A stretch of 64,000 nt of DNA from the human T2T-CHM13v2.0 reference genome, Homo sapiens, in the NCBI RefSeq assembly GCF_009914755.1, contig NC_060932.1; one strand, 5' to 3'. The notes under the pieces are model-generated. The model worked only from the letters and a program-made list of their open reading frames with translations, had not been told where the DNA came from and ran no database searches. Of this stretch, positions 31,166 to 44,310 are shown in pieces. Made by a program: the position numbers and the translations under genes. The stretch's first letter is position 1. Every line of letters begins with the position of its first letter.

Positions 31166-31494
31166 AGAGGAAAGAATTCAGTTTTGTGTGTATCTGTGTG
31201 TGTATGCTGCTTATATCAGGGAGAGTCAGAAATCAAGCAGATGTAAATGTTTTAGCAAATAATGCCCAGGCACCAAGCAATAGATTAGATTGATACTTTT
31301 CATAAATGTTCTATTTTGTTAATAAGGAGAAATCAATATTTTTTAAAAGAATCTAAATAGCCATTGAAAGATGTAATAGGTGACCAACTTGTATAGTACT
31401 TAGTATATAGAATGCCGTGGTGACCATACTTTACACATTTTACCTAATTATATCCTTAAAGTACAACCCTGTATATATTTCCCTGTATATATTT

Positions 31495-31640
31495 TCATTT
31501 GGTCCTTAAAACACAGCCCCTAGAGGCAGATGATAATGTGATCCCCATTTCACAGATAAGGAAACTGAGAGTGGAGGGATTAAGTAATTTTCACAGGCCA
31601 CTCTCAGTCTGGATTAGAACTCGGGCACTTGGACTCTAGT
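31495..31640 (-). mobile_element. MIR
   Basis: atccccatttcacagataaggaaactgagag...attaagtaatttt. Confidence 0.75.
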
Positions 31641-31814
31641 TTACAGTTATCTAGTTTATCTATAAACTAGTTAGTTAGTGTTCTAGATGTAGTTACCAAT
31701 ATAGGTTTTTAAAGATTTGCCTGTCTTTTTTAAAGGGCTGTTATTTTGGGGGTAGAACAAAGTACTGAGTTATTTCTAAATGTATCTCTAAAGTAAAAAA
31801 GAAATCTCCACAAA

Positions 31815-33576
31815 AAATAATTTTGAAGTTTTTAATGCACAAAAAAGAACATCCCAGGAACAACAGGTATTGACTTATTAACGATGAAGCACTATATAAG
31901 GAGACCCCCTCCCCACTTAGTAAATGGGAAAATAGTGTAAATAGACATGAAAGGAGGTAACACTTCAGGATTAAATGTAAACCCTAAAGTTGTATACAAC
32001 ATTCATATGTGGCTTATTATCTCATAGCAATATTTTCATAACGATGTATATGATATTTATCCTTATTGGTAAGATGCTTTTGAATCAAAAGTTAAAAACA
32101 CTGAAGAGGTAGTTTTGCCAATGCAAGGTGAAAAAAAAAAGGCTTTACCTTGCTTTGTTTCAAAATCCACAACCATTATTTTTCTGTTCTAATTTTCTCC
32201 TGGATCAGCCAGGAAGATAATCATGCTTTGTGAAAAAGCCAATTCACAACCTTCTAAAAACTGGTTCCCCTAAAAGGACAATGATGTGTTTGAAACAACT
32301 GCTCTGAAAGTCACCTGGGAAGTTTCCATAGTGTTCCTCTCCATCTTGGATCTGAAACAGATTCTGGCTCAACAGAAACCTGTTAAGATCTGACTGGCAG
32401 TCACAGAAATTCATCCTTTTATCTCCTAAAATTCTATGCCCAGGCTCATGGTAGTAGCTTCTTCAGTGACCCAAGAACATTGGTAGGTGCCTTGTCATTT
32501 AAAGCCAGGGATTGCTTTAAATTTGGGGGAAAAAAATTGCAGTCAGAAATAATGTTTGTTTGGACAATTCTGTAGCTGGCCTGTGAAACTGGCTACAAGT
32601 GACTGGATATAGTCCCTCATGTTTTCAGTTGTGTTTCATCAAAGTCATCACATCTTAGACTCAAAGGCAGTTTGGGCTTCTGATTGCCAGATGCCGCCTG
32701 CTGCTTTATCTATATGTGTGGGACATGTGGAGTGGAGAAGGTCTACCCAATATGCAAACTCTTTGACACTGGTCATTTGACTCTATATACAAAAACTAGT
32801 TTATCCTACCCTTACAATGAGAAATAAGCCCACAATGAGGGGAAAAAAAAAAAGTTTCAAGAGGCAACAAAACAAGTGTCAATTCCCCAAACTAGAAAAG
32901 TCATTTATCAGACAATGGGTTAGGAACCACTAGAAACAAAGTGGCATCATATTAATCAGGTATGACTTGTTACCCACAAGAAAGCATAAATATACAGTAA
33001 ATAAGAGCTTTATATGTAGCTCCTGCAGTATATGTACATATTAGGGCTGCAGTGAAACTGAGCAGGAATTTCCAGAGCATATCCTCAGCTAAAAGCAGTT
33101 TCATCGCACAACAGTGTGAAGGTAACATGCTGAGAATACCATGTGGTAACACTAAGCAGATATCCACACAAACATATCCTTGAAAATGCACAATGTGAGA
33201 AATAAAGGTCACGAGTGAGTAGCGCATTGCCTGCCAAGCATCTTCTTTCACATAAATAGGCACAAGTCCGTCCTCCAGCGGTGTTCTGCAGCCTCACACC
33301 TCTAGCATGTCCATGGTGCCGGGGACGGATTCTCTCAGCACACACTGAGCCAAGTCACGGGCTGTGCACTTACTCCTGCCTTCACAGTCTCCAGATTCAA
33401 ATCAAAGCATAAATAACACAGGGGCCATGCTGGTGGTGCTTCCTTTCACCATGTTACTGGGAACAGATACTGGGCAGAGCAGCACAAAGGCTGCACACCA
33501 GTGTGCAGGAGTGGAGAGTAGCTTTGTGCACATTTGCAAAAACAAAAACCCCTAAAAATCTACCGGATCTCTTGTT
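31815..33576 (-). other. RSPO2: RSPO2 3'UTR (~1.75 kb)
   Basis: Repeat-free stretch between the stop codon and the ATTAAA signal, containing AU-rich motifs; 3' end approximate. Confidence 0.75.
31831..31836 (-). terminator. RSPO2: Probable distal poly(A) signal ATTAAA of RSPO2
   Basis: Minus strand gcATTAAAaacttcaaaa followed by U/GU-rich ttattttttgtggagatttctttttac; repeat-free sequence gives way to a MIR shortly downstream. Confidence 0.7.
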
Positions 33577-33692
33577 TTATTGGTTAGCTCTGTCTGTAGC
33601 TAGGAAGACGCTGTGTTGCTCCTGGGCCCTTTCTATCAGCTTCCTTTTCTTTTTCTTGTTCCTCTTCTCCTTCGCCTTTGGTGTTCTCTTCC
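33577..33692 (-). CDS. RSPO2: R-spondin 2 final coding exon (basic C-terminal region)
   Basis: Acceptor tcttcttttctttccttcattgcAG| then (G)KRTPKAKEKRNKKKKRKLIERAQEQHSVFLATDRANQ*, recognised as the human RSPO2 C-terminus; 116 nt = 2-nt split codon + 38 codons. Confidence 0.96.
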
Positions 33693-36600
33693 CTGCAATG
33701 AAGGAAAGAAAAGAAGAGATGTCAGAAATGGCTCTTTCTCTAGGAAAGAAAACACAAAAATATTGGGAGTTTTGCACAAAGCCCATCTGGAAAACATCAC
33801 CTATGGAAAAAGCCTCAAAGAGAAAATTGTTCACATTAATTTTGACAGAATAATAATAATTTACTAAATTAGATATGCTGTCTAAAACAGAGACTGATTT
33901 TCCTGTTACAGGGAACTGGCATATTGAAAAACCTCCCAGTGGCCTGATCCGTCTTTCAAATATCATCCTGCCACAAAAATTCCATTTATTCCCTCCTACT
34001 TCTAACAATGCTACCCTTTTCTACACATCTTTACATCTTACTACTGCTCCACGTGTCAGTGGGTCAAAAGAAAATAAGCATCTATCTATAGCAAACATAC
34101 CAGAAGTTTCAAACTCCTCTCTCCCTTTCCCCATGGGGGAAAAAGAGTCTTGCTTTTAACATTATTTCCTCCATATTCCAAATACCAATGTATAAAATGA
34201 CATATGTGCAATCCTTTATTTTCTATAAAAATTCATGGAGACATCATTCATTATATACCTTATGGCTTCTTATCCAAATCCCCTGGACAAGTTGTTGTTA
34301 TTAATGGAGAGCAAGAAGAATGCTTATTTGTTTTGATAAACTGGTGGTATGTGTCTAACTACCAGACGATCATACCAAGTATTTCTCTTCTTTGCCTTAG
34401 CCACTAGGAAGCCCAGGCTACAAGCTAACTAGTTGAGGTTTTCCTCCAGCAGGAATTTTTTAAATGCTGTTTTTTTCTTTGCCTCTGCTATATTTTACTT
34501 CCTCCATCTGTGGTTATAGTTTTACAGTCTTACTTTATAAGGTCTCAACCTTTGTACACATAAGATTTTGAGAAAAAAGAATAAAGAACATGAGACATCT
34601 GTCTTAGGTCCATCACCTCTTTGAGTTCTAAACACACAGAAATCAGAGGATTTTTAGAACAGAAAAGGGCTTTAAAGGTCTCCTGCATTTTACAGAAAGT
34701 AAGTCACCCCTACACACCTTCAGTACAGGAAGACTTTTGTCTCAATGAACAAGAAAGAATCCTGTTGGCTGTTCTTCCTCTCTTACTTTCCCTACTTCAA
34801 ATTTTATCTTGTAATTCTATAAAGCTTAACTTTTCTCTTCCTGTAAGGTGTAGCTATTTGACAGCACAGTAATCAGTACTACGAATAGGGAACAGGACAT
34901 TCAGTTTTGTGCTCTTCATCCTTCCCATACCTGTAAAATTACATAACCCAGACCCTTTCATTCCAGGCATATAGCAGGCCAATTTTTCAATCTAGCCTAT
35001 GGAGAAGGAGGCTGATGTCAAAAATGAAAAGGAAACAGACCAGAGTCTAGGGAGATACATGAATTAGGAAACCAGAGTCATACAAGGTTAAGGAAGGCCA
35101 TGAGATTTCTAAATAAGGTAGATGTTTCTTATTTCTGTTCTTTCTGATCAGAAAGGATCTGTTTTAAGGATGGAAAACAGGCTTACTCTTCAAGACCCTA
35201 GCACAGTGACTGGCACTTAGTCGATAGTCAATAAACATTTGCTGAGCAAATGTTTTTACATCTTTTTATCACAAGAAAAAAAGATTTAAAAGAATAACTT
35301 ATGTTTAATAGGACATTGCATTAAAACAATGAGAACATGATCATGCCCCCATATTAAATTATAAAGGTCCTTAAAGCTAACTTCTGGTTCTCATTAAATT
35401 CTGGCATTAATGTTATAATGGCAGTTTGCCATCTTGAAACGTAGTTAATCCTACCCCATGAAACCTTAGTTCAAGCCATCATTAATCAAAGCAGCTGTAA
35501 AGTTACAACTATTTAGTAACATTATCTCTAATGATGAGACACACCAAAGGAGGGCAGAAAAATGAAATATTTAATACAAAATATAGCATATTTTAAAAGC
35601 TTCAATTATAAAGTGTTATGAAGAAGTTTTTGTTCTGTATTTTCTCTAAACAACAAAATCCTTAGTTTAAAAAATCATTACTGACTACATTTTAAATTCA
35701 TTTGGTTTATGTTTAATTGATATAAAGCCTGGAGTTTCTTTTAAAAGCAAATTGAAATTAAGTGAATGGAAAAATAAAGCTTATCTTACTAGATTTTAAT
35801 ACTGAATATATGTTAAAGAATATATGTTAAAGAAAGCTTTTCACATTCACAAGAAAGCTTCGTGTAAATTATGTAGTTGTGAGTTAAATATGTACTACTT
35901 TCACTAACAGCAAATCCATGCAAAATGATGGGAAAAGCTCATTTTAAGATGGTCAATTTCGTTTCATTTACCCAATATATTATTCTGAAGTAATTGTCAA
36001 TATTAAATGGTTTTGGGTTTACTGGCTGATATGATATTGTGTCATAGGGAAGTTACTCAATACTTGCATAAAACAGTTGGTAATCCTGGCCAAAAATTCA
36101 GCAATGCTTCTGAAAGCTTATTTATGTAAAATAATTTTTTAACTTGTACAATTACTCTGTTGGCAATAAGCTATATGGTACCAATTCCAACAAGCAATGT
36201 TTGGGGGCCCTAATTACAACCCTAAAGATTTCCCTCAGAAGTCTCTCTTGAATGACACCTCTTTGCTATTGTTTGGTTGGTTGGTTTTGCTTTTGGCCAG
36301 TCCCTTTTCTCACATAAGACATATTGCAAATACCGAGGAATTAAGATGGTTAGCCAAGATTTGACCACAGACAGGCCTAAATTAACTGAAAATATTTTGT
36401 GGTCCATACTACGTTGTTCTGACTTCAAGCCCAGCTCAAAGTAGCAAAAGTAGTAAAAGAATACTAAAATACAACGTAACATACAGAAAGGGTCTTTCAT
36501 ACAAATGCTTTTTTCACGTTCTAAGATTTTCAAACATGAGAAAAGAAATCGGTAAGATTAAAGCTAACAAAAAAATCCTCGTTTTATCTATATATTTGAA

Positions 36601-38379
36601 AATAAGTTATAATAGACATACAAACGTGCTAATTTCTGTTTCTGCTTAATTTCTTTACCTCTGTGGATGCGGGATTAGACTTGGAGAATGACTTCTAGAC
36701 TTCAATTGCTGCACATTCCCAAGCACATATATGCTATACGGGAAGTATTTAAAGGCAAATATGATGGCAGTCACCCAACGCATAATTCAAGTCATGAATT
36801 TAACTTTACTTTTTAGTTCACAAGAGAAGACTTGGAATAGATACTGCCCAGGATCATTAGAAAAAAAAAAAAAGAAGTTTGAGTTTTACGAGGGGATTGT
36901 CAACATCCAACATATCCAATTCTAGTGACAAATTTTGCATATCTTTATCCCTAGTGTCTTGAGAATGCAGTGGCCTTGACACATCATAACTAAGGGAATC
37001 TCTTCAAAATCAGGTAGAATCAGGTCTACAGGGCAGATCTTTTCAGCACTGTTATGCAGATGCAAGGAGATGACTGGTCCCAATTATTACCGTTTTTAAG
37101 GAAGGCAATGCAATGTGGTTTAGAGAAAGGCTACTTCTGGGAAGAAGAAAACCTGGTAGGCTAGGCACAGTCTTGTAACTGAGATGTCTGGTAAGGCATA
37201 TGCCTGACTCTTAGTCTCTATGTTTATAGAATGAAAATACTACAGTCATCATTCACTAGAAAGTTATGAGACACTGTGAAAAAGTTGTGGCCCTAGGATG
37301 AAAGGAAGATGTGTAGAATATCACTGGCAAGACAAGATTATCCTCAAAATGAACAAAATTAGAAAGATACTATCAAAGCCACATTCTAACTAATGTAATT
37401 ACATTGACTTGCTCACATGTGGAAATGGTCCAAGAGCATAACCTATCAACTCTTCTGCAGAGAAATATGAACAATTCCTTATGGAAATACTGCTACCATC
37501 CAGCTGTGAATTGCTGCTATTAGAATCAGAAACAGGGTAGATTATTTTGAACCAAGATATAGGCAGACTCACAAATTACATGAAGCGGTGCAAATGCCAG
37601 CTCCACTGCCAGTCAGACAGTGATTTCATTCTTTCATAAACTCTCAAAGTCAAAGGTCTTCAAATGCTCTCTTTCCTCTCACTGGGTATAGGTAAGAATC
37701 TTTCCATCACTGGAAAAATGTTTCTTGTACATCCCTCAGAGTAAGGCACCGAGGCTGTCTAGAGTTTCCATAATGCTGTGTGTTTTAAGAAAGGCTTTTA
37801 ATGGAAGAAAACTAAAGAAAAATTTCAGTAGCTTTGACTATAAAAGAGATTAAAGCTTCTCTCTATATATATATGTATACGTAATACATGGACATACCTA
37901 CATACATATATAAACACACAAGCTGTGGAAAGTAAGCCACAATTATGACAAATATAATTAACTGGAATTTACTGTTGTAGCCACAACTGCGACAAAACTA
38001 GGACTGAGTTTTACTGATTTTTAAGTTTGTAATGCTCTAACTTGAAACCTGGGCTTCACTGAATTATAAAATTCATCATGGAGATTTCGAAATCACCTCA
38101 GAGAGATTCAGTCATTCTTCAAAGCCACTAAAACTTAGGGACAAGAAACCTGTGTAACCACCAACCTGGCAGATATTGTCATATTTCAGAGAACACTCTG
38201 GAAGCAGAACATGAAATGCTCCTTTTACATCTAAAGTCAGAAGGACTGAGTTGTAAATGATGAGTAGTACTGTACCATTTTTTTTTTCCCATATGGGCAA
38301 CTTGATTTTGCCCAAGAATGAGTAGCAAGAGGTATTTATTTAAGACTAGTGATTGTCTAGAAAACACCAACTGGTTTCT

Positions 38380-38790
38380 AAAATATTTTTTAAAGTTCAT
38401 TTAAAAATAGACGAGACCTAAACAATTCATAAAGGAAATAAAAATAGCTAATAAATATATTTAAATAATCAAATCTCACAATTAAAACCTCCAAATAAGA
38501 TGAGATGCCACTACAAAGATCCTTAAAAGTAAAAATATCTAACACTTGTAAGAATGTCATGAGACAGGCAACAGGATGCATTGAGAATATAAAATTGATA
38601 CAGCCTTTCTGAAAAGCCATCTGCCAATGTGTAGAAAAGTAATAAAAAATATTCTTAACTTTTGACTCAGATCTAGGACTCTATCCCTCAGAACATAATC
38701 TAAACTTGGACAAAGATTCATGCACAGGGATCTTTAATACTGAAAAAATTGTAATGTACTTAAATGTCCTGACTACACTTTTCATGACCT
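38380..38790 (+). mobile_element. Ancient L1ME-like 3' fragment
   Basis: gagaatataaaattgatacagcctttctgaaaagccatctg...tttgactcag...ctaggactctatccct...acttaaatgtcc. Confidence 0.55.
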
Positions 38791-38846
38791 CTTCTTTTTG
38801 TGATTACTGAGGGAATAAAGTTTGTTTTCCCTTTATGAATGCAAGT

Positions 38847-38915
38847 ATTTTATATTTTATATTTTATATTTTTATTTTAGAAATAGCATTTTATATTTTT
38901 ATATTTTATATTTTA
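38847..38915. repeat. (TATTTTA)n AT-rich low-complexity repeat
   Basis: ttttatattttatattttatatttttattttag...ttttatatttttatattttatatttt. Confidence 0.85.
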
Positions 38916-39279
38916 AGTAATAACAATTAACTTTATATCCAGGAATACTACTGTTGGATATCACTAAAACTTATCATAAATGGATCTAAGAAAAAGCCTG
39001 TAATACAAAAGCATTCCTACTATGATGGAAATGATAGTAAGCAGATTCTTTTGCAGAGTCATCACTTGTAATTAGATCTGAAATATAAAAGCTTAAAAAC
39101 TATTGGCCTAAACACTTCAGACATTAAGAATGGAGGTTTGTTAGTTCTTGAAGCTTTTTTCCTTCTAGAAAGCAGTTCAAGTGGGCAAATATGATGAGCA
39201 GGACTGGGATCTACCACACTATGTCCTATGTAGCCTAAGATAAAAATCTTCCTACTGTCCATATAGTTCAGAATAACAC

Positions 39280-39455
39280 ATTTATTTTAGTTGACAAATA
39301 AAAATTGTAGTGTATAACATGATATTGTGATGTATGTATATAATGTGATATGGTTAATCAAGCTAATAATCAAGCGAATTAACACATCCATCACCTAATA
39401 TGCTTTTTTCTTGTGTGAGAACATTTTAAATCTACTCTTTGCAATTTTCAAATAT
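39280..39455 (-). mobile_element. L1MA (MA8/9-like) 3' terminal fragment
   Basis: ttgacaaataaaaattgta...aattaacacatccatcacc...gtgagaacattttaaatctactct...caattttcaaatata. Confidence 0.7.
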
Positions 39456-40496
39456 AAGAGTTATATAAGTAAAATGCACAACCAATACATATATATTTAA
39501 CACATATACATTTTACTTATGTATTAAAATGTAAATTTAAAAATTTATTAAAAATAAATTTACATTTTACTTATTCACATAATGTAAATGGGCATATTTT
39601 AATTATTTTTATTTTACTTATTTACATAATGTAAAATGTAAATAAAATAAGAGTTACTTATTTACACTGGCTGTGGAGTCAGAAGTGAGGGTAAGGTGGA
39701 AAGAGTAAAGGAAATGAATCAATTGTGGCTCTTTACTGACAGCACAAAGTGTTGTCAGTTCCTTTTAAGGCATTTTCAGTAACAATCATTTGGTTTTCTA
39801 GAAATGCACCTCTTCTTTTCACTAAAAAGATTTTACAGATAGCTGTGTTTTGAAAGGACTGGCAACATCTAATCCTTCAATAATGGTTTGCTATCATTTT
39901 CCTTAAGAAAAAATAATCTAGAGACAAAGCAATAAACATTAAAGTGTTGAAAATAATAACAAGCCACCTGCTGAGAGTTTACTTGAATGTCAAGTAGTAA
40001 CTTAGAAGATTTTTCAAAGGGTCACTTAGTCATTTCATCGTCATAAAAGAGCATGTGCTTTTAAAATCTACACATGATCTACAGATAACTTACAAGAGTT
40101 GTTCTTCTTGCAGGGACTATTGATAGAGGGTGACAACTGTCCAAAATAAATAACGGACAAAATTTACTTCTCTCAACATACAAATGTGACAATCATTCAG
40201 AATATCAGGATTCAGACTACTTACTACCTGCACAGGTTTACACTAATTTGTAAAAGCTATTTCAATCAGCCAGTTTAAATGGGAAGCCTCTGACTGTTAC
40301 TATTCTTTCATCTGTAAAAAGTTACCATATTTTTTTATCTAAAATAGTATGAAATTATGAAATGGCTTCTTTAAGACTTCAATTTTTCTCATAGAAGACA
40401 TTTTATTAGGAGTCAGATCTGTTACCCACTTTGTTGACAGGAAGTCCTATTTGGTTTTAAAATTTTATTTCATGTTCAAAATGATGGAAATGGAAA

Positions 40497-40598
40497 AAAA
40501 GCTAACCCTGAAGATCACCTGAACCTTTACAAATGAACTGTATTCAGAAAAGCTAACCCTGAAGAAGATCACCTGAACCTTTATAAATGAACTGTATT
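40497..40598. repeat. Tandem duplication of a ~51-bp unit
   Basis: aaaagctaaccctgaag(aag)atcacctgaacctttaYaaatgaactgtatt occurs twice. Confidence 0.95.
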
Positions 40599-41698
40599 TA
40601 CCAGTACGGTTTCCTGCACACGGTATTTCAAAAATTCTCAGAAATTCCTCATTTTACAGCTCTGAAGAAAATCTGTTCTTCGAGTGTATGACATGGCTTT
40701 TAAAGGGGCAGTAAGAATATTCCATAACCTTTTTCAGCTTTCTTGAAGCAATAAGGACTACAACAAGGTAATCTGAATGAGATTTGGGCTTGTTTCTTAA
40801 ATCCGTAGTCCGTCAAAGAGAAACACAAAACAGTTTGAAGACAGGATTCTGTGGTGTTTCACATAGGTAAGCACAAACAAGAAGAGATAGTTTTAAAACT
40901 ATCTAAAATTATTTTCATAAATACTTTAGGTTAATTGTAAAGGACAAAGTTTTCAGAGCAGTAGAAACAGTAAAATACGACTCTACTATTTGTGTGAAAA
41001 AATAAATGCACAATTCTACCACAAGGGGGCAATAATTCACTTTTACAGTAAGAGTACTGGTTAAGAGATGGTTTTTTAAAACAATGTACAGGGCAACTTT
41101 GGGGCTCTAATTTCTTAAATACTTTTTGTTGAACCCCCATTGGAGGCTTTTTATTTCTTTCTAACCATAGGTAGTCTCTTTAGTGGACTAAAGATTAACA
41201 AGACCCAAGTACTGCACAAGGTAAAAATATAATTGCACTGCTGTTAAAAAGATATTTGGGCTAATGAGAGAAGAAAAGAAAATTAAGAAGGAAAATCTGC
41301 TATTCAAATACTGATTTAGAGAAAAAGCATTATTCACAAATTCTTGTTGTCACTTTCTTATGGGAAAGTTAAACTACCTGCAAATAACAGGTTCTTATCT
41401 TGGATTCCTTATTTATAAGAATAGAGATGTAAAACTGCAAATGATCTTCACTAACTTCTGGTGCAGAAAGTCACATAGATTTGACATCAAGGGTGAAAGC
41501 TGTTTGGTGGTGATTCCTGACAAGTTGGCCTTCCAGCACCACAATGAGTTGGCTGCACTGGTGAGGGTGGAAAGACAGCAAATATACTAGGCAATTTGCT
41601 AGGCCCTGCTGTAGTCCACTTCTGCAAGGTGGTTTAGATATGAAGCAACTGAAGCACAGAAGATCTAGAGTGACCCCTACCCATGCTTCTACAGCTAA

Positions 41699-42082
<384 letters not shown>

Positions 42083-42728
42083 TAGTCATTTTTCAAGTTA
42101 TTGAGTCATTTTGCAAGGAAGGCAAAGAAGCACTGAAGACAATATTACCCTGACTGAGTTCCACAAAAAAAGTCATTGACCTCATCCTAACTCTGAAACC
42201 CTGTATGAACTGGTAAATTCTGCATAAATAACAACTTCTCTGTAACTTAGATTTTCTGTAAATTTATACTGCATTGATTCACTGCTTATTCTTTTTCTTA
42301 CATTTTAGCAAGATGCAGGCTATAAAGTTTCCTAAGTAAGGTGAGATGGTGAACACTCCTACTTTGTACCAGGCCCTATAAGTGCTTTATATCCATTTTC
42401 ATTTAATTGAATGTTTTGGGGGAAAAGGTAAGGACTCAAACTGTGCTGCCAGGATGTTGTACAGGTGCCTGCCCTAAATTAACTCAAAATAAATGCAGAT
42501 AAATATCAAGCTCATTTGGCACTCCTAAATTAAGTCAGAAAAACCATCAGGTTTGCAGAGAAAATGATTCAGCTGTTTTCATTTGATTAGGAGGTATGGG
42601 ATAACCAGAAAAGAATTAAGTTCCTCCATAGCTGACTTCATACTATAACGGAAGGTACCTTTTAAAATAATTCCATTAGAACAAGAAGATGTAATACCTT
42701 CCTCTTGGTCTTAAATCAATAACCATTA

Positions 42729-43045
<317 letters not shown>

Positions 43046-43277
43046 GGTATAGGTTATTGGTCCAAGCCAACAGTTCAGTTAAGTGGCAGGTCTTACATGA
43101 ACACAGTTAACACAAGATAATATGAGGGGATGTATGCTCCACAAAGAATCATAAATACATTCCCCACTCTGTGCCCTGCAGCACTTTGAACCTCCCTCAT
43201 TGTAATATTTACCACCTCCTATTGCAGTTTTGTTTGGCTGTATATCATGGTTACTAGTTTGTAAATAATTAAAAACA

Positions 43278-43410
43278 GGTTGGGCATGGGGGCTCATACC
43301 TGTAATCCCAGCACTTTGGGAGGCTGAGGTGAGAGGATCACTTGAGGCCAGGAGTTCAAGACCAGCCTGGACAACATAGGGAGATCCCATCTCTATTTTT
43401 AAAAAATTTT
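43278..43410 (+). mobile_element. FLAM_C or AluJ left monomer
   Basis: cctgtaatcccagcactttgggaggctgaggtgagaggatcacttgaggccaggagttcaagaccagcctgg. Confidence 0.85.
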
Positions 43411-43889
43411 AAAATAGCTACAATGTAATGTGCCATAGCATCCTGGTTAGAGTCTTCCCAAAAATCAAGTTACAGATATTCAATTACACTCATGTCAACT
43501 GAGAGTTGGAGCAAAGATATAAGGGCTACATCTAAACACTGAAAGTGGTCAGGAACCAAAGCCATACTTTGTCATCTACTGTTAAATGAACTCTCCTGTT
43601 CTTCCTAGGCTCCCCCACGGCTTCTGGCCTCAACTTCAGCTTTGTACATGGTCTATGTAGGCTACACTCTATCCCTGATAAACCCTGTGACTTTTTGGCT
43701 TACCTCCCTCTTATAATAGCCTCTGTCCTCTTTTGTCTCAATTGCATATTCTCTAGAGAGGAATTCAACATGCCTCAGTCGCCACAGAGCCATGGATGCC
43801 TGAACAGCTCTTGGATGGATCACTCCCAGGCCTAACCTGGAGAAGTAGCAGGGTACAACATGATACTAGCCTTGGCAGGCATCTAGAAT

Positions 43890-44120
43890 ACAAGGTTAAG
43901 AACATGAGTCTGGGGCGTCAGACAGCCCTAGATTCAAAGCAGAGTTATGCCACTTAGAAACTAGAGATCTTGGACTAGACACTTTTTCTAAACCTTAGTT
44001 TTCTCAATTCTAAACTGGTAGTAACAATGATGCCTGCTTCAGCATCTGTATAAGGAAGGAGAATATGTATAAAATTTCACATATTATACCTGGCACACAA
44101 ACACTAAATAAACGATAGCG
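43890..44120 (+). mobile_element. MIR
   Basis: ggttaagaacatgagtctggggcgtcagacagccctagattcaaa...ccttagttttctcaatt...cctggcacacaa. Confidence 0.7.
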
Positions 44121-44129
44121 CTATATAAG

Positions 44130-44310
44130 GTGCCCTACTTGTATTATTTCTAATCCTTACAGCAACTCGCAAAGCAAGCATTATTTCTATTTTGCCGATG
44201 AGGAAATAGGTTTCGAGAAGTTAAGTAAATAGCACAAAATCACATAGCTCAGCAGTGATTCAAACCAACATCTGGCAGATTCTAAAACCTGTACTTTTTC
44301 CACTATAGTC
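44130..44310 (-). mobile_element. MIR (tail-to-tail with the previous MIR)
   Basis: ctattttgccgatgaggaaataggtttcgagaagttaagtaa...cacatagct...gattcaaacc. Confidence 0.75.

Noticed and set aside
32638-33407. TCF/LEF-like ATCAAAG motifs in the RSPO2 last exon suggesting Wnt feedback
   Set aside because: 7-mers occur often by chance and nothing else in the sequence supports binding
33693-34008. N-terminal ~104 aa of the 143-aa ORF 33577..34008
   Set aside because: Intronic read-through upstream of a strong splice acceptor; only 33577-33692 matches RSPO2
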